A DNA stretch of 64,000 nucleotides from an uncultured bacterium (GTDB lineage Bacteria; Planctomycetota; Phycisphaerae; Phycisphaerales; UBA1924). The stretch is from assembly GCA_903834785.1 (NCBI GenBank), contig CAILKP010000103.1, forward strand, positions 1 through 64,000, read 5' to 3'. Positions within the stretch are counted from its first letter, which is position 1. Each line of letters begins with the position of its first letter. The notes beneath the pieces are model-generated. The model was not told where the DNA came from and made no database searches. It saw nothing but the letters and a program-made list of their open reading frames with translations. Shown here one piece after another: positions 21,558-30,330 of this stretch. The position numbers and the translations under genes are program-made.

Positions 21558-22649
21558 TCACGCCACCGAGATGTTCGCAAACGGGTTGCCCGCCGCCGCG
21601 ATGTTCGTAGCAGTCACCACCGGCCCCACCGCCGCCGTCGCATCCGCCCCGCTCACCGGCGTCGCGACTCCGGCGAAGGTATTGGCAGTCACCGTCGCCC
21701 GCGATGATGCAACCAGCTCCACGCCAGTGCCCACGCGCGAGACCCGGTTGCCCGAAATCGCAACCCGCTCACCGCTCACGCGAATCGCCCGTCCTGTCCC
21801 GAAATCCAGCACATTCCCGCTCACGCGGCTGAGCGACCCGGCGATGATCCCCGTGTCGAAGTTGTTCATCAGGCAGTCCTCAACCACCGAGGCATCGCCA
21901 ACCGTGATCGCCGCCCGCAGCCGGTGCACCAGGCACCGCCGAACGACCGCCAGCGGTCCGCAACGCACGCCCTCATTGGACAGCGTGGTGCCCGTGCCGG
22001 TGAACTCGCAGTCCGTCAGCCGCGCAAACTGCCCCAGCACCGGCCCGTCGGACACATTCAGGAACCGGCACTGCTCCATCGTCGTTCCCCGTCCCGCCGT
22101 CATGGTGGAGAACAGGAAGATGAACTCCGGCACCAGCACATGCACCCGCCGCAGCGTCGCATTGTCACCCAGCGTGATCGCATTGTCCGTGCTGTTCGGC
22201 ACCCGCATCGTCAGGTCCTCCAGCACCGCCCCGTCGGCGTTTCCGAAGCCCAGCACAATGCCGCCGCCCTGCCGCACCACCACCGTGCCATTCCGCACCG
22301 TCAGGCGATTAGCAAACGTCGCCATGCCTTGCGCAATAGCCGCCCCACCATTGCTCCTGGATACCGTGAACCCCATCAGATCCAGCGTCACATCGTTCTC
22401 AAAGATCTCAATGCCGCCCGTCACATCACCAGTCAGGTAGTACGACCCCGCCTGCACGATCTGCAGCGGGCCCGATGCCGGCGGCACCAGCGCCTTCCGC
22501 GGCTCCACCTCACCAATCGTCTTGCCCGTCGATGTGACCGGCCCGGCCGGCGGCTCCAGCGGTCCCGCACTCGCACGCCCGGCCAGCATCGCAACACCCG
22601 CAAGCCCCGCAGCCGCGGCAATCAAGTTCCGACGATCAAGTGCTTCCAT
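21558..22649 (-). CDS. secreted right-handed parallel beta-helix repeat protein (Tat signal)
   Basis: Start MEALDRRNLIAAAAGLAGVAMLAGRASA is a twin-arginine signal. The body is Gly/Thr/Val-rich with short repeats (GNRVSRVGTGV, GNVLDFGTG) typical of pectate-lyase-like beta-helices. Confidence 0.6.
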   Translation of the reverse strand: MEALDRRNLIAAAAGLAGVAMLAGRASAGPLEPPAGPVTSTGKTIGEVEPRKALVPPASGPLQIVQAGSYYLTGDVTGGIEIFENDVTLDLMGFTVSRSNGGAAIAQGMATFANRLTVRNGTVVVRQGGGIVLGFGNADGAVLEDLTMRVPNSTDNAITLGDNATLRRVHVLVPEFIFLFSTMTAGRGTTMEQCRFLNVSDGPVLGQFARLTDCEFTGTGTTLSNEGVRCGPLAVVRRCLVHRLRAAITVGDASVVEDCLMNNFDTGIIAGSLSRVSGNVLDFGTGRAIRVSGERVAISGNRVSRVGTGVELVASSRATVTANTFAGVATPVSGADATAAVGPVVTATNIAAAGNPFANISVA

Positions 22650-22892
22650 CGCATGCCTCCAACGCTCGCCCCGGCAAGGGCGGCAAAGAAATCCGATCCG
22701 GTCCCGAGGACCACTCGTCCTGGCCGCCACCGGCCGGGACCTCTCATCTGCCCACTTCAGCGCACACCGCCCGCAGCGCACGCCACGATTTCCCTCCCCC
22801 GGCGGCAACAAACCCCGCCCCGGCCGCCAAGCCCTGCCGCCGATGCCCCGCCGCATGCCCCACTACCCTCCGATAACTCAAGGAGGTCGAAC

Positions 22893-24644
22893 TTGGCCAT
22901 TTTCCTCTTCGCCGCCGTCTTCTTCATCGCCCTGGCGCTGATCATCTTCTCCTTCCGGGCCCCCGGCCCGCTCAAGCCCGTCTCGCTCATCTTCGGGCTC
23001 ATCCTGCTCATCCTCTCGCCGATTCTGGCCTCCGTCGTCTACGTGGGCGCCAGCTCCGTCGGCCTGGTCACCAAGAACGCCTTCGGCGGCACGCTCAAAG
23101 ACGGCCAGATCATCGCCACCAGCGGCGAGATGGGCGTCCAGTCCCAGGTCCTCTCCCCCGGCTGGCACTTCGGCTACTTCCCCTTCATCTTCACCGTTGA
23201 AAGCGTCCGCCTCACCGAAGTCAGCGGCGATGAAGTCGGCCTCATCGAGGCCCGAGACGGCAAGCCCCTGCCCACCGGCCAGCTCTTCGCCCCCGAGTTC
23301 GCCCCAGCCGAGTTCCAGAAGATGCTCGATGCCGAGCACTTCCTGACCACCGGCAACGGCTACAAGGGCAAGCAGTCCAGCGTGCTCACCCCCGGCCTCT
23401 ACCGCATCAACACCGAGCTGTTCAAGATCACCCGCGCCAAGCAGACGGAAGTCAAAGCCGGCGAGGTCGCCGTCATCAAGGCCAACTACGGCAAGCAGCC
23501 CACCAAGCGCGTCATGCTCCCCGCCCCGCCGCCGCTCCGCCCCGGTGACAAACCCGGCGAGCCCGAGGAAGTCCTCATGGCGTCCCCCGGCGAGATGGGT
23601 ATCCGCGCCGATGTGCTGCCCCCTGGCAAGTACCCGCTGAACACCGAAGCCAACACCGTCATCGAGATCTGGACCACCGAAATGGTCGCCCACTACACCA
23701 TGGGCGGCGCGGGCAACACCGTCACCAAACCCTCAGGCGAGGCCGGCCACCTCCCGCAGCTCGAGGAGCGCGAGATCACCGTCCGCACCGTCGACGGCTT
23801 CACCTTCCCGGTCGATGTCCGCGTGAGCTACAAGATCGAGGCCCAGAACGCCCCCATCGTCGTCGCCCGCTTCGGTGATGATGAAGGCGAGCGCTTCCGC
23901 AACACCCTCAACTCCGCCGTCCGCGCCAGCTTCCGAAACGCCGCCGAGGCCGTCCGCGCCATTGACTACGTTCAGCAGCGGAGCATGCAGGAAAGCCAGG
24001 CCATGACCAACATCGCCCGCCACATGAAGGACCTGGGCGTCACCATCACCGGTGTGAACATCGGCAACGTCGGCGATGAAAAAACCCTGGGCACCCTGCT
24101 TAAGACCCAGACCGACCGCGAGATCGCCAAGCAGGAGCAGCTGACCTTCTCCGAGCAGCAGAAGGCCGCCGAGAAGAAGAAGGAACTCAGCCGCGTCACC
24201 CAGGAAAGCGAGGAAGAAAAGAAGCTCGCCACCGCCGCCTACGGCGTCAAAATCGCCGAAGAGGAAAACCGCCGCAAGATCATGGAGGCCAAGACCGCCG
24301 GTGAGTCCATCACCATCAAGGCCAAGGCCCAGGCCGACGCCTACATGCTCATCGCCCAGCAGATCGGCAAGTCCAACGCCGCCCTCGTCGAGCTCCTGAA
24401 CATCATCGGCGAAAAGCAGATCCCCATCACCCCCCGCGTCATGATCAGCGGCAACACCGGTGCAAACGGCGGCATCAGCTCCGCCCTCATGGGCACCATG
24501 CTCGACATGGCCGTCAGCCGCGATGAGGACGGCAACCCCTCCCCTTCCAACCCGGCCAACCCCCGCCCGGCACAGCCCGGCACCACCCCGGCCGACCCAG
24601 CCAAGCCCACCCCCCCCGCGGCAGGCACACCCCCCAACCGCTGA
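22893..24644 (+). CDS. SPFH/band-7 (flotillin/YqiK-like) membrane scaffold protein
   Basis: TTG start 6 nt after an AGGAGG RBS. N-terminal TM helices, SPFH core (ITVRTVDGFTFPVDVRVSYKIE), long Glu/Lys/Ala coiled coil (EQQKAAEKKKELSRVTQESEEEKK), Pro-rich tail. The 5-prime ~970 nt of the raw ORF overlaps the beta-helix gene and is rejected. Confidence 0.75.
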   Translation: MAIFLFAAVFFIALALIIFSFRAPGPLKPVSLIFGLILLILSPILASVVYVGASSVGLVTKNAFGGTLKDGQIIATSGEMGVQSQVLSPGWHFGYFPFIFTVESVRLTEVSGDEVGLIEARDGKPLPTGQLFAPEFAPAEFQKMLDAEHFLTTGNGYKGKQSSVLTPGLYRINTELFKITRAKQTEVKAGEVAVIKANYGKQPTKRVMLPAPPPLRPGDKPGEPEEVLMASPGEMGIRADVLPPGKYPLNTEANTVIEIWTTEMVAHYTMGGAGNTVTKPSGEAGHLPQLEEREITVRTVDGFTFPVDVRVSYKIEAQNAPIVVARFGDDEGERFRNTLNSAVRASFRNAAEAVRAIDYVQQRSMQESQAMTNIARHMKDLGVTITGVNIGNVGDEKTLGTLLKTQTDREIAKQEQLTFSEQQKAAEKKKELSRVTQESEEEKKLATAAYGVKIAEEENRRKIMEAKTAGESITIKAKAQADAYMLIAQQIGKSNAALVELLNIIGEKQIPITPRVMISGNTGANGGISSALMGTMLDMAVSRDEDGNPSPSNPANPRPAQPGTTPADPAKPTPPAAGTPPNR

Positions 24645-24690
24645 GTCCGCATCCGTGGCCCTTGGCGGCCACTCTTCACCCCAGCAACCA

Positions 24691-24735
24691 AAAAGCAAAC
24701 GGGCCGCGGCACAACGCCGCGGCCCGCTTGCTTGA
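24691..24735. repeat. terminator-like hairpin, copy 1 of a 45-bp direct repeat
   Basis: AAAAGCAAAC-GGGCCGCGGC-acaac-GCCGCGGCCC-GCTTGCTTG. Identical apart from 1 nt to the copy at 26291-26335, exactly 1600 bp away. Confidence 0.8.
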
Positions 24736-24820
24736 GATGCCGCATCATCGGGCTGTCCGCACTGCGGCACCCCCGTGACAGCGCCAATACTCCACCGACG
24801 CGTCCGGCTACCACCGTCAG

Positions 24821-25309
24821 ATGGCCGGAAGCCACACGCTCGCGATCGCCTTTCGCCGGCGCATCAGTACAGGAGTCGTTGACGTGATGAGCTTGGAGAT
24901 GATGGTGATCCTCGACTGGCAAGACGGACCAAGGCTCTTTCTCCTTGCCGACTCCAACGCCCATGACTGGTGGGCGGACACCCTTTCGGAGCTGACGGCG
25001 GCCGATGAGACCGACTACCACGCTTGCCTGCTCACACCGCTCCCCCAAAGTTCCACCGCCGCTGTCGCCCAGACGAATGCGGGTCATCTTCGAGGCACGC
25101 ACCCCTACCTCACACTCACACGCGGTTGCGAGCTTGTTGATTCACTGGAAGCCACAGCCCGCCGTACGACGCCCACGTCGTTGATCATCCTCAGAAGCGA
25201 CAACAAGATTGTGGCTGAAACTCCAGTGCAACCGAACCGCTCGCACCACACGCAGGCATCCATCCTGCTCCGACAGTACTTGACGAAGAACCAACTCGAG
25301 CGTCCGTGA
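24821..25309 (+). CDS. hypothetical protein (cassette gene 1)
   Basis: 162-aa ORF in a lower-GC segment between the two hairpin repeats. No recognisable domain. An internal GTG/ATG start (MSLEMMVILDW) is possible. Confidence 0.35.
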   Translation: MAGSHTLAIAFRRRISTGVVDVMSLEMMVILDWQDGPRLFLLADSNAHDWWADTLSELTAADETDYHACLLTPLPQSSTAAVAQTNAGHLRGTHPYLTLTRGCELVDSLEATARRTTPTSLIILRSDNKIVAETPVQPNRSHHTQASILLRQYLTKNQLERP

Positions 25310-25488
25310 TCGCTCGCGTGACACTGCCTCTGGTCAGGCCACCTCAATCTCTCCGCAACCCAGATTCACCACGGTCTCGAGATCCGCTGCGAATCCACGT
25401 ACGATCACACCTGCACATCGGTCGGCAGAACCCCAGACTGCGGCTCGATGCCCATCAGCTTGTTGCAAGCACTCTACGCCCACCTGAC

Positions 25489-26118
25489 ATGAACCGCCTG
25501 ACCAGGAAAGCTTCGATCGCCAAAGTGGAGGTCATTCTCCACGAGCATGGCTACGTCAGACGGGGCGCAGTGTGGTCATGGCACATTGGCACCGGTGTAT
25601 CCGGCTGGCTTGGTCTGAATACAGGCCGGGGACCTGATCCACACACATGGTTGATCAATCCGGTTATTGGCGTCCGCCACGAAGCCATCGAGTGTCTGGT
25701 TGACAAGTTCAATGGACCGGTTAAACCGTGGTTCTCTCCGACGATCGCGTCCAACTACGGCCATTATCGTGAACCACTTGAGTACCTTGAGTTCACGCTA
25801 CACGGGGATGCGTGTGATGATTCTGTCGCCACCAGCCTTGTCGACATGCTCAACACAGAGGGACGAGCGGCGGTTGAACCGATGGCAGATTTTGCTCACC
25901 TTCGCAAGGCGTTGGTCTCGAAGCGAATAGGCATTCCCGAGATCAACCAGTTCCGCTATCCGATCCTGCTTGTCCTCATGGGTGACGGGCGGATCGCGGA
26001 TGAGATGGCGGCAGCCACGATTGCAGCTTGCAAAGGAAAGACCGATCCTGGCCATTCGCATCTTCGGAGCTACTTCGAAGCGTTCTTGCAGTGGCGAAAG
26101 GCCGGGGAAACCCGCTGA
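25489..26118 (+). CDS. hypothetical protein (cassette gene 2)
   Basis: 209-aa product from Met 25489 (MNRLTRKASIAKVEVILHEHGYV...). Lower GC, no recognisable family. Confidence 0.4.
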   Translation: MNRLTRKASIAKVEVILHEHGYVRRGAVWSWHIGTGVSGWLGLNTGRGPDPHTWLINPVIGVRHEAIECLVDKFNGPVKPWFSPTIASNYGHYREPLEYLEFTLHGDACDDSVATSLVDMLNTEGRAAVEPMADFAHLRKALVSKRIGIPEINQFRYPILLVLMGDGRIADEMAAATIAACKGKTDPGHSHLRSYFEAFLQWRKAGETR

Positions 26119-26290
26119 GTTGACTGCTGGGAAACCTCCCGTTTGACCTTGACTGGAACTTCCTAGTCGACGGGAAAGCACTTGCGAGTGACGGCGCGGG
26201 GATTTCGGCGAATAGCACGAGAAGGCAAACGAACGTCGCCAGCCCTTTATCCGCCGCCCCGAACGCCTGCTGGCCTCAATCCTCGGCCCA

Positions 26291-26335
26291 AAAAACAAAC
26301 GGGCCGCGGCACAACGCCGCGGCCCGCTTGCTTGG
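26291..26335. repeat. terminator-like hairpin, copy 2 (likely terminator of minus-strand gene 26364-28103)
   Basis: Same 45-mer as 24691-24735. Read on the minus strand it is a hairpin followed by a U-run, placed 29 nt after the stop of the HAF-repeat gene. Confidence 0.8.
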
Positions 26336-26363
26336 AACAAAGCTGCTTCAGCCTCCCACCTCG

Positions 26364-28103
26364 TCAGCACCCAACCCCAAACGCGTTGATGAACGCGATG
26401 AAGTCGCTGCCATCGATCGTCCCATCCGGCTGCAGCCCATCGGTTCCACCGCCAGCCACATCCGCCGCTCGGTCCACCTGGGCATCGCCGATCGCAAAGC
26501 TGTTGATAAACGCGATGAAGTCGTTCCCGTCCAGCGTGCCATCAGGCTGCGTTCCAGTCGTGCCGCCGCCAGCCACATCCGCCAGTGAGCAAGCAAACCC
26601 CCCGCCGCCGCAGGCGGGCTCAACACTCAGCGGCACACGCACGATTACAACCGCGTTGCACGGGTTGATCACGTAGCCCCCGATCGAGATCCGCGGCGGC
26701 ACCGGTCCAGGTCGCAGGTTGCTGATCGTCACCTCCGGCGTGTTCCACCCCGATACCGAGAAACTCAACCCCGTCACCGGATCCGCAAACTCCGGCCCCG
26801 TCAGCGGCATGATCTGCCCGCCAGCCGTACCCGGCTCGCCGATCTGCACATCCCAGGCATACTGCAGCGGCCCGACCCCATCGGCCTGCACCGCAAACAC
26901 CGCCACCGTCCCCGGCCCGCCCGTGCTGCCCGGCGGGGCAACGCAGATGCCCGTCGGAACTGGCGGCACATCAATGCTCGGCGGGATGCACGGCAGCCCC
27001 GTGATCAGAAACGCTCGCTGGTGACCATTAAAGAATCCCGTGCCAGAAACCGCCGTCCCGTCGTCCGAGACGCCATTGGCACTGTCGAACATCCACCCCG
27101 TCACATTTGCGCCGTGCGTCTGGGCATACGTCCTGAGGTCCACCATGCCCGTCGCGGTGCTCCAATACATCGCACGCGATGCACCAGTCGGAAAGTTCTC
27201 GCTGTCGCCCACAATCACTGATCCGTTGGCGTCGATCGCGAAGCCCGACGACTGGTTGTCACCCGGCAGCACGCCCAGATTCACCATGCCGATCGCCGGC
27301 TTATACCGAAACGCCCGGTATCGATTGATCGCCGCACCGGTGTCGCTGCGGCCCGTGATCGCGCCGCCGTCGGAACTCACCGCCAACGCTTCCGATGTGT
27401 TGCCTCCCGGCAGCGTGCCCAGGTTCACCATCGGTCCCGCCGGTGCCTGCCAGCGAAACGCCCGCCGCGCAAACACGGCCGTCGTCCACTCACTCCAGCC
27501 CACCACCACGCTGCCATCGGCACTGATGCTCGTGGCATCCGACCCCGGGTTCACGCCGCTCGCACCAGCCACAATGCCCAGGCTCGTCGGCACGCCGGCG
27601 TTGTTCCACCGCACCGCCCGCCGCCCCGCGTTGCTCAGCGAGTTGCCCGGAACGCTGCTGCCGCAGATGAACGCACTTCCATTACTCACCCCCAGCGTGC
27701 GGCACGTCAGGTCGCCAGCCAGCGGGTTCAGCAGCGTCACGCCGCCGGGAATCGACCAGAAGAACCCATTGCCCGCCGTGCCCGACCCGCCGCTGATCGC
27801 AAACCCATCCCGCCCGATCGCCCCGCCCCGCGCCTCAGCCAGCGGCAGCACGTGCGTGATCCCGCTTGCCACGGTCCACCGAAACGACCGGATCGACGGA
27901 AACCCGAAGGGTGCCGTATCTGCATACGCAGTCACCGTCGTCCCGTCACCCGCCACCACGCCCCGAGTCGAAACCGTCCCGCCCGGCAGCAGCCCCAGGT
28001 TGTACACCTGCGGCACGGCCAGCACCGTGCCGCACGCACCCAGCATCGCACCCACCACAGCCAAAGATGTGAGATGACGGCGGGATGGATCTACTGACAG
28101 CAT
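26364..28103 (-). CDS. HAF-repeat extracellular protein with C-terminal twin dockerin/EF-hand-like module (paralog A)
   Basis: Signal peptide, repeated G-x-S-x-A-x-G-I/V-N...AF(R/L)(W/Y) units (HAF-family-like), Gly/Ser/Thr-rich. C-terminus is ...DVAGGGTDGLQPDGTIDGSDFIAFINAFGVGC. Confidence 0.7.
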   Translation of the reverse strand: MLSVDPSRRHLTSLAVVGAMLGACGTVLAVPQVYNLGLLPGGTVSTRGVVAGDGTTVTAYADTAPFGFPSIRSFRWTVASGITHVLPLAEARGGAIGRDGFAISGGSGTAGNGFFWSIPGGVTLLNPLAGDLTCRTLGVSNGSAFICGSSVPGNSLSNAGRRAVRWNNAGVPTSLGIVAGASGVNPGSDATSISADGSVVVGWSEWTTAVFARRAFRWQAPAGPMVNLGTLPGGNTSEALAVSSDGGAITGRSDTGAAINRYRAFRYKPAIGMVNLGVLPGDNQSSGFAIDANGSVIVGDSENFPTGASRAMYWSTATGMVDLRTYAQTHGANVTGWMFDSANGVSDDGTAVSGTGFFNGHQRAFLITGLPCIPPSIDVPPVPTGICVAPPGSTGGPGTVAVFAVQADGVGPLQYAWDVQIGEPGTAGGQIMPLTGPEFADPVTGLSFSVSGWNTPEVTISNLRPGPVPPRISIGGYVINPCNAVVIVRVPLSVEPACGGGGFACSLADVAGGGTTGTQPDGTLDGNDFIAFINSFAIGDAQVDRAADVAGGGTDGLQPDGTIDGSDFIAFINAFGVGC

Positions 28104-28347
28104 CGAATCGCTCCGGAAAGATGGGCAGCCAACCGGGGTATCCGGTGGCTTACCACGTATCCGTCGCCCAGGTCGAAATCTTGCACCAGAATTCGCGCCT
28201 CACTGTCGCCAATCCTGGCCCCCGACCTGTCCCGCTTCCCAATCCGCGGCGCAAACGCCGCCCCGGTCACGCCAAACGGGATCCGTGCGGCAGAACACTA
28301 TCCGTACCTACCCCGAGATCTCTTCGACCAAACACCCTCCCCTCACC

Positions 28348-30087
28348 TCAGCATCCAACTCCAAACGCATTGATAAACGCGATGAAGTCGCTGCCATCGA
28401 TCGTCCCATCCGGTTGCAGCCCGTCGGTGCCACCACCAGCCACATCCGCCGCCCCGTCCACCTGAGCGTCACCGATGGCAAAGCTGTTGATAAACGCGAT
28501 GAAGTCGTTCCCGTCCAGCGTGCCATCCGGCTGAGTACCCGTCGAGCCGCCACCGGCCACATCAGCCAGTGAGCATCCGCCGCCGCCGCACGTCGCCTGC
28601 ACCGTCAACTCCGCCCGCGGCAGCGCAACGGTGTTGCACGGGTTGATCACGGTGCCACCGATCGAGATCCGCGGCGGCACCGGCCGCGGCCCCGGCCGTA
28701 AGTTGCTGATCGTCACCTCCGGCGTATTCCATCCCGCCACGCTGAAGCTCAGCCCGGTCACCGGATCCGCAAACTCCGGCCCCGTCAGCGGCACGATCTG
28801 CCCGCCAGCCGTGCCCGGCTCGCCGATCTGCACATCCCAGGCATACTGCAGCGGGCCGACCCCATCGGCCTGCACCGCAAACACCGCCGTCGTTCCCGGC
28901 CCGCCCGTGCTGCCCGCTGGCGGCGCACAGATCGTCGTCGGAATCGGCGGCACATCCACGCTCGGCGGGATGCACGGCAGACCCGTGATCAGAAACGCCC
29001 GCTCGTGACCGTTCAGGAACCCCTTGCCCGAGACCGCAGTTCCGTCGTCCGAAACTCCGTTGGCACTGTAGAACATCCACCCCGTCACATTCATGCCGAG
29101 CGACTGGGCGTAGGTCTTGAGTTCAACCATCCCCGTCGCCGTGCTCCAGTAGAACGCGCCGGTCACACCCGACGGGAAGTTCTCGCTGTAACCCACGATC
29201 GCCGAGCCGTTGCCGTTGATCGCCATGCCCCATGACTGGTTGTCACCCGGCAGCACGCCCAGGTTCACCATGCCGATCGCCGGCTTGTACCGAAACGCCC
29301 GGTACCGGTTGATCGCCGCCCCGCTGTCGCTGATGCCGGTGATCGCGCCGTTGTCCGAACTCACCGCCCACGCCTCCGAGGAGTTGCCACCCGGCAGCGT
29401 GCCCAGGTTCACCATCGGTCCGGCCGGTGCCTGCCAGCGAAACGCCCGCCGTGCAAACACGGCCGTCGTCCACTCACTCCAGCCCACCACCACCGAGCCA
29501 TCGGCACTGATCCCGCTGGCCTCCGACCCCGGGTTCACGCCACTCGCCCCCGCCACAATGCCCAGATTCGTCGGCACGCCGGCGTTGTTCCACCGCACCG
29601 CCCGCCGCCCCGCGTTGCTCAGCGAGTTACCCGGAACGCTGCTACCGCAGATGAACGCACTTCCATTGCTCACCCCCAGCGTGCGGCACGTCAGGTCGCC
29701 GCCCAGCGGGTTCAGCAGCGTCACGCCGCCAGGGATCGACCAGAAAAACCCGCTCCCCGCCAGGCCCGAGCCGCCACTGATCGCAAAGCCGTCCCGCCCG
29801 ATCGCACCGCCCCGCGCATCACCCAGCGGCACCACGTGCGTGATCCCGCTGGCCACCGTCCACCGAAACGACCGGATCGACGACGGCCCGCCATTGGACG
29901 TATCTCCAAACGCGGTCACCGTCGTCCCGTTCCCCGCAACCACGCCCCGGGTCGAGTACGCCCCGCCCGGCAGCAGCCCCAGATTGTGCAGCTGCGGCAC
30001 GGCCATCGCCGTGCCGCACGCACCCAGCATCGCACCCACCACAGCCAAGGATGGGAGATGACGGCGGGATGTATCTACAGACAGCAT
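28348..30087 (-). CDS. HAF-repeat extracellular protein, tandem paralog B
   Basis: 579 aa, same length as and collinear with paralog A, roughly 85-90% identical by eye with an identical C-terminal 32 aa. The upstream 240-bp leaders are also homologous. Confidence 0.7.
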   Translation of the reverse strand: MLSVDTSRRHLPSLAVVGAMLGACGTAMAVPQLHNLGLLPGGAYSTRGVVAGNGTTVTAFGDTSNGGPSSIRSFRWTVASGITHVVPLGDARGGAIGRDGFAISGGSGLAGSGFFWSIPGGVTLLNPLGGDLTCRTLGVSNGSAFICGSSVPGNSLSNAGRRAVRWNNAGVPTNLGIVAGASGVNPGSEASGISADGSVVVGWSEWTTAVFARRAFRWQAPAGPMVNLGTLPGGNSSEAWAVSSDNGAITGISDSGAAINRYRAFRYKPAIGMVNLGVLPGDNQSWGMAINGNGSAIVGYSENFPSGVTGAFYWSTATGMVELKTYAQSLGMNVTGWMFYSANGVSDDGTAVSGKGFLNGHERAFLITGLPCIPPSVDVPPIPTTICAPPAGSTGGPGTTAVFAVQADGVGPLQYAWDVQIGEPGTAGGQIVPLTGPEFADPVTGLSFSVAGWNTPEVTISNLRPGPRPVPPRISIGGTVINPCNTVALPRAELTVQATCGGGGCSLADVAGGGSTGTQPDGTLDGNDFIAFINSFAIGDAQVDGAADVAGGGTDGLQPDGTIDGSDFIAFINAFGVGC

Positions 30088-30330
30088 CGAATCGCTCCGG
30101 AAAGATGGGCAGCCGGCCGGGGTATCCGGGGGCTTACCAAGGATTCGTCGCCCAGATCGAAATCTTGCACCAGAATTCTTGCCACACTCCCGCCAATGCT
30201 GGCCTGCCGCTTGCCCAATGTCCCAATCTGCGGCGAGACCGCCGCCCCCCTGACGCCAAACGGGGCCGATACGGCAGAACAGTTGCCGTACCGGCCCCGG
30301 GATCTCTTCGACCAGCTCGCCTCCCTCACC

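Larger units (their letters stand above)
26364..30330. repeat. tandem duplication, two units of ~1984 bp (gene plus upstream leader)
   Basis: Unit boundaries 26364/28348/30331. Leaders 28104-28347 and 30088-30330 align (ATCTAC(T/A)GACAGCATCGAATCGCTCCGGAAAGATGGGCAGCC...). Confidence 0.8.

Noticed and set aside
21924-22892. N-terminal 323 codons of the raw 906-aa ORF containing the SPFH gene
   Set aside because: This part is Arg/Pro-rich and overlaps the minus-strand beta-helix gene. A TTG start with a strong AGGAGG RBS at 22893 gives a sensible SPFH protein.
24691-26335. CRISPR array
   Set aside because: There are only two copies of the hairpin repeat, 1.6 kb apart, with protein-coding content between them and no cas genes. 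It is not a CRISPR.
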